A DNA stretch of 62,441 nt, counting the filler, from Platydemus manokwari (lineage: Eukaryota): NCBI GenBank assembly GCA_037951405.1. It is 6 parts of 6 records of this genome, joined end to end, with 100 filler letters (N's around TTAATTAATTAA, not from the genome) between each part and the next. Parts side by side here need not be neighbours in the genome. Positions count along the whole stretch, not along the records: positions 53,570 to 62,441 come from JBBMOY011336428.1; 5 more parts are not named here. The stretch is one strand, 5' to 3'. The notes below the pieces were generated by a model. That model ran no database searches and was not told the origin of the DNA. It saw only the letters and a program-made list of their open reading frames with translations. Below are positions 55,302 through 62,441 of this stretch, in pieces. The first letter of the stretch is position 1. Each line of letters opens with the position of its first letter. The translations under genes and the position numbers were made by a program.

Positions 55302-58300
55302 CATTATATCAGAAGTCTGGAAAATATTGAAAACTCGTTTGCAGATATTTAGATGTTCAAGATCATCGATAAAATTTTTCGAATTTGTTTTGTAATCTTT
55401 AAAAGCTAAAAACATACCAAGTGGACAACCAATGTAATATATATTTTCCACCTATGAATCAATAATAGGAACAATAATAATAATGATAATGACTAGCCTT
55501 AAATGGTGCATTTAATATACCGGAACACTTATTATCATTTTCCTTTTGATTAAATAAATGAAATTCCAAATGTTCAACTCTAAAATTTTATAATTTTAAT
55601 CCAATAAAAATTAAAAATTTGAATAACACTTTCAAAGCTTTGCTTTTAGAAATTTATTTGAAATTTTTAAATATAAATTGATAAAAACGAGTACAAATAA
55701 TAGATGGTTTTCAAAACATGATTGTAATATAATTTATTGTCAATATTATTTCAAACATATTTATTTTGAAAATAGAGTTCAAATTCTGTAAATATCATTT
55801 CAACTGTTCCACGAAAAATAATGATATTAAATAAATTTATTAAAAAATACAAAATATTAATTAAAACCTGTGAAATTTAATTAAAAACAAATAACAAGCA
55901 ATGGGGGAAGTTTCTCACCAGCCATAATTCATCTAACTAAAACTGTCAATTAATCTTTAGGGTTTTTTTTACAAATTTTCAATAATTTTTTTATAAAATA
56001 TGGATCAATAGCACCGAAAAAAATTAAATCACATTTGTAAATTGATTTAAAAATCGAAATTTAAGATCATCTTATTATTTAACTAATATTGATACAATTG
56101 CTGAAACAAAACGAGGTGCTTTTAAATGAAGTAAATTAATGGTAATCTACAGTTAATTGTGGATGAATTTGTTATTTGAGTGATATTAGTCGTGTATTGA
56201 TATTAATCGAGGAAGTATTAACTTAGTATTGATATTAACTGAGTTCACCCATACTACTATTGTTAAAGTTGTCATTAAACTCCAATTTCACAACATTGAA
56301 CTTACACGAATAAATATTAGGTTAAGAATTTACGCAGATCCTTAAATATTTAGAAAAAAGTATTCAAGTCAAATTTTTTATAATGAAACTTATATTATTT
56401 TGATTGTAAATTTAAAAATGTATTTTTACAACCTCTAAATATGCTCCTAGTATTAGGAATTTAGCTAGGGTGTATGTTTCAATTTATTATTTTAGCTCAA
56501 CAATAAACTCTTCGTTTCATATCATTTGCGAATTTTTAAGAAATAAAATATATATAATATAGGAATTTTCGAAAATTATTGTGTTACCGAGGAAGAAAAT
56601 ACAAGTTTAAAACAACCGTTTTGTACAGCAATTAAATTTCTTAGAATCCAGTATTTCACTACTAAATTTTTAATAAATAATTTAGAGAATAAGAAAGCTT
56701 TTTTGAAAATTTTAAATTTTACATGTATCACAAAATGAAATTATCTTCGATTTCGAGAAACATTAAAACATATAATTACAAGAAATACATCTTATTTTAT
56801 AAAATTTAATCGAAAATATACTTATTAAATCATTCCAAAAATTATTCTATCATACAACATTCAAAAGCTTAGATAAAAATTAACTACATGTAAAAATAAA
56901 AAAGCCAACACGACTGAAAATCAGTGATTTTAGGTAGTATGTGCCAATGTGTTGAATTGTATTTAAAATGTTATTTCAATAAAGCATTTAAGAATTATAT
57001 TAAATAACAGTATTCATCCATAAAATCCTACCTTCTGTGTGTACTATCAGTCTCGTTGATCTTTTCCGAAATCTCACTTTCTTGAGTTTCTTTTGGTGAC
57101 TAAATAATTTAATAAATTAAACGTCCTATACTTCAATATGTTAAAATGTTTATTTTTTCAACTCAAAACATATTCGGATTATCATAATAAAATTTCAACA
57201 ATTGAATGTCGAACAAGGATTTGAGAACAAATTACTTCTTGACTGATCATAAGTGCAACTCTGCTTTAATAAAAATATTCTTTTCTCTATCAGGATTTAC
57301 TGCCAATCATTTCCACAAAACAAATTCTTATAAATAGCACATTCCTCTGTCAATCAGCCATGTTTGTTATGAAATTTACAGTCAAGAGTTCGTATGTGTT
57401 GAGCTCAACTTCTATTCGATGTTTTAATTTCAAAGGTACAGATTGAAGTTATAAATTTATGTTAACTGGACTTGGTCAATCTCTATACATGTAGTCATGT
57501 ATTTTGTCAAATTGAAATTCTCGTTCTATCCGAACTTCGCGTGGTTGATGATATAATTGTGTTTGTAAATTTGCATAGATAAGATGTATTAAAAATATCG
57601 AAATAAGGGTTCCAAGGTGAGATTCCTCTAAAATTGAAATTATTATCAATGCAGTAATCCCCCATATTTAATGCTTGCAAACATCACTTTAAAAGATAAT
57701 ATCAACAAAAGTAGGTGATTGTTCCATCATTATAGATGACAAAGGAGCTGGGGGTTATCTGTGTATTCGTTATTTGCTAAATAACTCAGTAAATGATTTT
57801 AAAATATTTTATCTCATCAATTGAAATATAATTATTTTTATTGCTTACTTCTCCATTGTTTAACCACATAACACCTAAATCTTTTATGGACGTGTTGACT
57901 GAAAGTAGCCGTTTTAAAGACATTAAAAATTATCGGAATGAAGAAAACAGATAATTTTTTGATTGACTCAAATATTTATTCACAAGGTTAATTTTAATGA
58001 TAAAATATTAATTTTAATAAAATCTTCACCAATTAAGATTTTCATAGTCATCAATAACTATCATATATTTGCTCGAGAAGAGAAAGAAATCTGATCCAAT
58101 TAAAATTTTAAGAAATGCTAAATTATTATTAAAATTTTTAGTATTTATAAAAAAATATTTTTGAAAATTGTATGGGCCTGGAAATCGACGTATGTATTGA
58201 CATCATTTAATTTACTCTAATCTTAAGAGAAGTAAAATTCACCTGATAAATCATAAAAATCTAACTTGTTCTTATTAAACTGGTGACGTTATGATAAAAA

Positions 58301-61300
58301 ATATAATTTGATTTACATTTTTATATTTTAAAATCATATTCTTGACATAATGAATATCTATGGTAGCCTGTTTAGAGATTTGAGTGTTTTAATTGACAGT
58401 AGTTAAAGGAATTTTGATTTTCGTAAGTGATTATCTAAAGTTGTTGTTATGGTTAGTACGTGAGTTATAAAAAAATAAAATTCGACACAGAAAAGATAAT
58501 CCGAAAAATTGTAATATTTTTCAAAAAGTAGTGGTGAGAAAATTTACTTTCAGCAAACAGAGATAATTTCCATAAGAATATCTCGTCCTATGTACAACAT
58601 TGATAAATACAACAAATAAACGAAAAATAAATAAGTTACTTTTATTTCATAACTTTGATTGAATGCCCAATCATTGAGGACATCATGGAGAAGTACACCA
58701 CCCAAAGAATGAGCAATCACAGATACTTTTCCATTATTTTTGATGAAATAATCATTGTTCTGACAAAACAGAAAATAAAGACGATTCAGTTCTAATTTTA
58801 ACATGTCCATCATTTTGCAATGGTAAATCGGATTTGAGTAATGGATAATATTAAACACTGATAAATTAACAATTTTCCTCAAATCTCGATTGATATCCGA
58901 AGCGATTAAGTCAGACGTGTCACGGCTAAATGTTAAAAGTCTTTGCCAGTCCACTGGAATAAATTCAACTCTTTGATTTGATATTGCAAGATTTGAAAGA
59001 CAGATATGTTTTACTTTTTCGCATACTAATCGTAGACTAAATAGAAAAGAAAAAGACTATCTTCTAATATATTAATTGGATGAATGATGGTAAAGCTCAA
59101 CCCCAATTTCCGATTAATTGCTAAAGCTATGTCTGATATGTATTATTGAGTATTATCATTCGTTATTAGTTTAATTTAAATAAGTTAAAAATTGGTTTTA
59201 TTATTGAGTTGAATTCAACGAAATTATATTAATATCGCTTATTTGAAGGGGTAATAATAACTATGTCTTATATCAATAAATGTGTGAGGGAATGTGAGGG
59301 TTTGCTGATATTAATGAATATATTATCAGTGTCTGATAAGATATCAAATACAGTATTTCATAGTTACGTAATTTTCAGATTAGACCTCACTCAAATTCTA
59401 TAAAACTTTTGGGGATTCGAGAAAGTGATGTATCAATTCAAACCAGTTTTGCCGTCTCGGTCGACTGATTTGAAAAACATTTTCATTGCGAATTAATTAT
59501 TTATAACTATAAACAAATATTTTAGCTTGGCTGTATAAACATTCAGTGTATAGTTGTATTAACTTTTATTTTTCGGCTTAACTGTATAAGTGGTTTAATG
59601 TATCGATTTTTGTCTTGGCTTAACTATGCAAGCAGTTGTAAATGTAACAATTTCATTTTTGGGCTTGATAATTCAAGCGTATCAATTTGTAATATTTTAT
59701 TTTTAATTAAAAGTTTTATTTATTAATTAAGCTTCTGGATAAATAATTAGAAAAGAAATAATAATAATTATAATATTAACAAGGGAATAATGATTATAAT
59801 AATCATAATAGATAAATGAGGAACCTTGAGGATTTCGTGAGACATAAATTTAATATATTATATTATTTATATAGGCAATCTTTAGGAAAAAAGTTTATCT
59901 TCAAGAATAAATATTAAATCCCTTGAGAATAAGAATAAATGTATCCAGTTTTTTCATTTAAGCGTAACGAATAAACTCATCTTTCAAACCGTATAAATAG
60001 GGGGTAAAACCTCAAAATTTTTGCTCTGTTTGAAACCACCAGGAAGATTGTGTGAAGTCCGTTTATAAGAAACCACTAAGCCAGCTTACATACAGTCAAC
60101 TATGATCCATATTTGCCAGAAGAATTCTTGTCAATCAATTGTTCAATTGTATATACTTGTGTCCATATACGTTTTATAAAACCCAAATTTGTTTGTTGTT
60201 GATTAAATTGAGACTGATAAGAATAATAAAACTAAAACCAGCAAGCCCAATGCGCTACAAAAAATCTACTTGGCCTTGGGCACCTTTTGGCTTTAAATAA
60301 GCATATCCCTCACAACGTGTAAGAACTTACATTTTTTATAAACAAATAATATTGATAATCGTCTGTAATAATTTTAGTATAGGTGGTTTACACGGCATAA
60401 ATAATTATTTAACAAATTGTCAAAAAGTACAAAATTAAGACAAAGGTATTTGTAGAGTGAAAAGAGTATTACATTAGTGTTACTGAGGGCAACATCCAAA
60501 GTTTGCACATCTAACTATTCTTATATTAGAAATTATTCAATGATCACTGGATTAGAAAATTGAAATAAATATAATGCATCTCTCAGAAATATTTTGTTGA
60601 ACTTGGTTAGATTAATTTGATCAATCTGAGGGCGAAATACTGAAATCAACTAAACTCATTATCTTGAAAGATTCTCATCTAGTCTTACAGTAACTCGGAA
60701 TAAGAAATTCAGAAAATTACTACATCACGTAAAAGATGATATTATCATGAAAATATCCACCAATTGGTATATGTATGTCCAGTTATATCATACTTAAAAA
60801 CATATGATGCAATTATCAATAAATATAATTAAATGATTAACAATAAATAAATTAAAGCGAATCTTCCATCCTTGGATTAATTAATGAGATGGAAATTTAA
60901 TTAAAGATTGTGGGATTAAAAAAGGTTTGAGAATTTTGTAATAAATAAAACAGCAATGATATTCATGCACCTTTTATTTAACTTTCACGTATGAACTTTG
61001 AAATATCAATACCAGTTTGATGTGATTAAAGCCATCCTTGACCCTAGCTCTTTATGCATTTTTATTTAAAAACACTGGGAAAGATAAAAGCTCCAAAACA
61101 TAAACTCACTTTGTTATATCTTCGATAAGAACATTATTATTTTCAGACATTCTTTCAATGCCTTGGATAACAAAGCATAGATGAGTGATATTTGGCAATC
61201 TATCGGTTTCAGATGCCAGTTCATAATATCCTCTGCAGATTCGGTTACCTACTACTTATTTTGTTATAGGAAATTACATAAAATTTTCGAAAACAATGGA

Positions 61301-61710
61301 GCAGTTTCATAAACGGTTTTCTAACCTCGGCCTAATCCGATACTGTTGAGAAAGTATTGTTTGAGTGAAGTTTTGTATAAAAATATGTCATTGATTCCAG
61401 TCCATTCCACCAGATAATCTTCAATAACCAGAGATGAGATTCCTATGAAATAATCAGATATATTGAATAGAATATGGCAGAATTGAATTGAATTATTTAC
61501 TTATTTTGAATGACTTTGTTATTTGTTGTGACACTTTGTTGACGATTTTCGACTTTTTTCTTTTACCAATATTTGATTCGTGATCAAAGCACATCAAATG
61601 ATGAGTTTCAATGGCGTTTGATAATGATTCACTTTCTAATGGTAAATTGGAACCACTTTGAAACCATGTGCCTCTCAATATGTCAAACATCGACTGATCA
61701 TCGTTGAACA
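55302..61710 (-). CDS. DDHD1: DDHD1-like intracellular phospholipase A1 (PA-PLA1), partial at both ends
   Basis: Exons 61710-61567 (or -61501), 61442-61326, 61248-61110, 59036-58640, 57099-57032, 55579-55498, 55451-55302. Motifs ILRGTWF...PLE...IETHHL, RICRGYYELA...ITHLCFVIQGI, RVEFIPVDW, KVSVIAHSLG (lipase nucleophile), FKVENIYYIGCPLG and CKRVFNIF occur in DDHD1 order. Confidence 0.9.
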
Positions 61711-62441
61711 CTGTTATAATTGATTGATAATTTTAAATATAAAATCATCATTATGTTAAGTTTTCGTATGTTATATTATTTTACTTTACATTTTTAGAAT
61801 CTAAAGAAATTCAATACATTAATGGAAATTAACGAGTTGTTATGGTTTAGAGTTTATCGTGAATTTACTATAAAATACTAATTTAAAATCTGAGTCCAAT
61901 AAGTGTAATTCTTTTATAAATGCAGCAATCACTCTAATATGTTTGATTAATTAAGATTTGATTGGACTGGATCCAAGCTAAATAAAATTAAAAATTCAGT
62001 AGATATAATGATAGCGATTAACATTACTTATTGTTTATAGCTATTTTAAGTTATATTAAACAAAATATTATGGTTCTGTTACGGTTATTTTATATTTTAC
62101 TGGTTCTAGAGGCTTCAGTAACTAGTGTGATGACCGAATTACTGGAAAATGATTCAAATTTAAAATTAATGATTGAGCGCAGAGGAACTGAAGTTGCTCT
62201 GAGCCTGAAAATAATGAGACGGTTATAAAAACCTGATTTAATTAACAATTTAGAATAATGTGAACGAATTAGCGAACCAATAATTGATATCTTCAAAATT
62301 AAAAGAATTTCCAATGCCTAAACGACTTAGTTGAATAACCAAAGTGAACGTAGTAATTTCCTTTAACTAGCTGATTTTCCAAACAATGATAATTTCTTAA
62401 TCTTCTTAGCTTCGTCCGATCAAAAAAGGTTGCAATTAGAA

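Noticed and set aside
59515-59700. Loose ~40-50 nt repeats (TTTT..GGCTT.ACT)
   Set aside because: Too degenerate to define a unit; probably a decayed intronic repeat.
62031-62441. Possible non-LTR RT remnant or upstream DDHD1 exon
   Set aside because: Only weak, ambiguous motif hints, truncated by the window end.

Overview
AT-rich, intron-containing animal DNA. The short 42-60 nt introns, (TAT)n microsatellites and gene content suggest a planarian flatworm, but this is an inference. The window is not one locus: five artificial 100-nt spacers (N44-TTAATTAATTAA-N44) join six unrelated contigs, so gene neighbourhood across the spacers means nothing. Splicing by hand gives these genes: a CCDC74/CCDC92-like gene; a divergent KASH-domain (klarsicht/nesprin-like) gene; the last exon of an HCN channel; a shootin-1-like gene; a BCL9/Legless-like gene with recognisable HD1 and HD2; an intronless DEG/ENaC channel; a Cys-rich gene with a possible ZP domain; and a DDHD1-type phospholipase A1. 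Mobile DNA includes two decayed Ty3/Gypsy pieces, a pogo-like DNA transposon bounded by TIRs, several hAT MITEs and a TRIM-like mini LTR element. The most notable observations are the hidden BCL9/Legless homologue (Wnt/beta-catenin co-activator) and the KASH protein whose tail ends in LEPH rather than PPPX. All protein family calls come from motif recognition by eye; no database searches were run.
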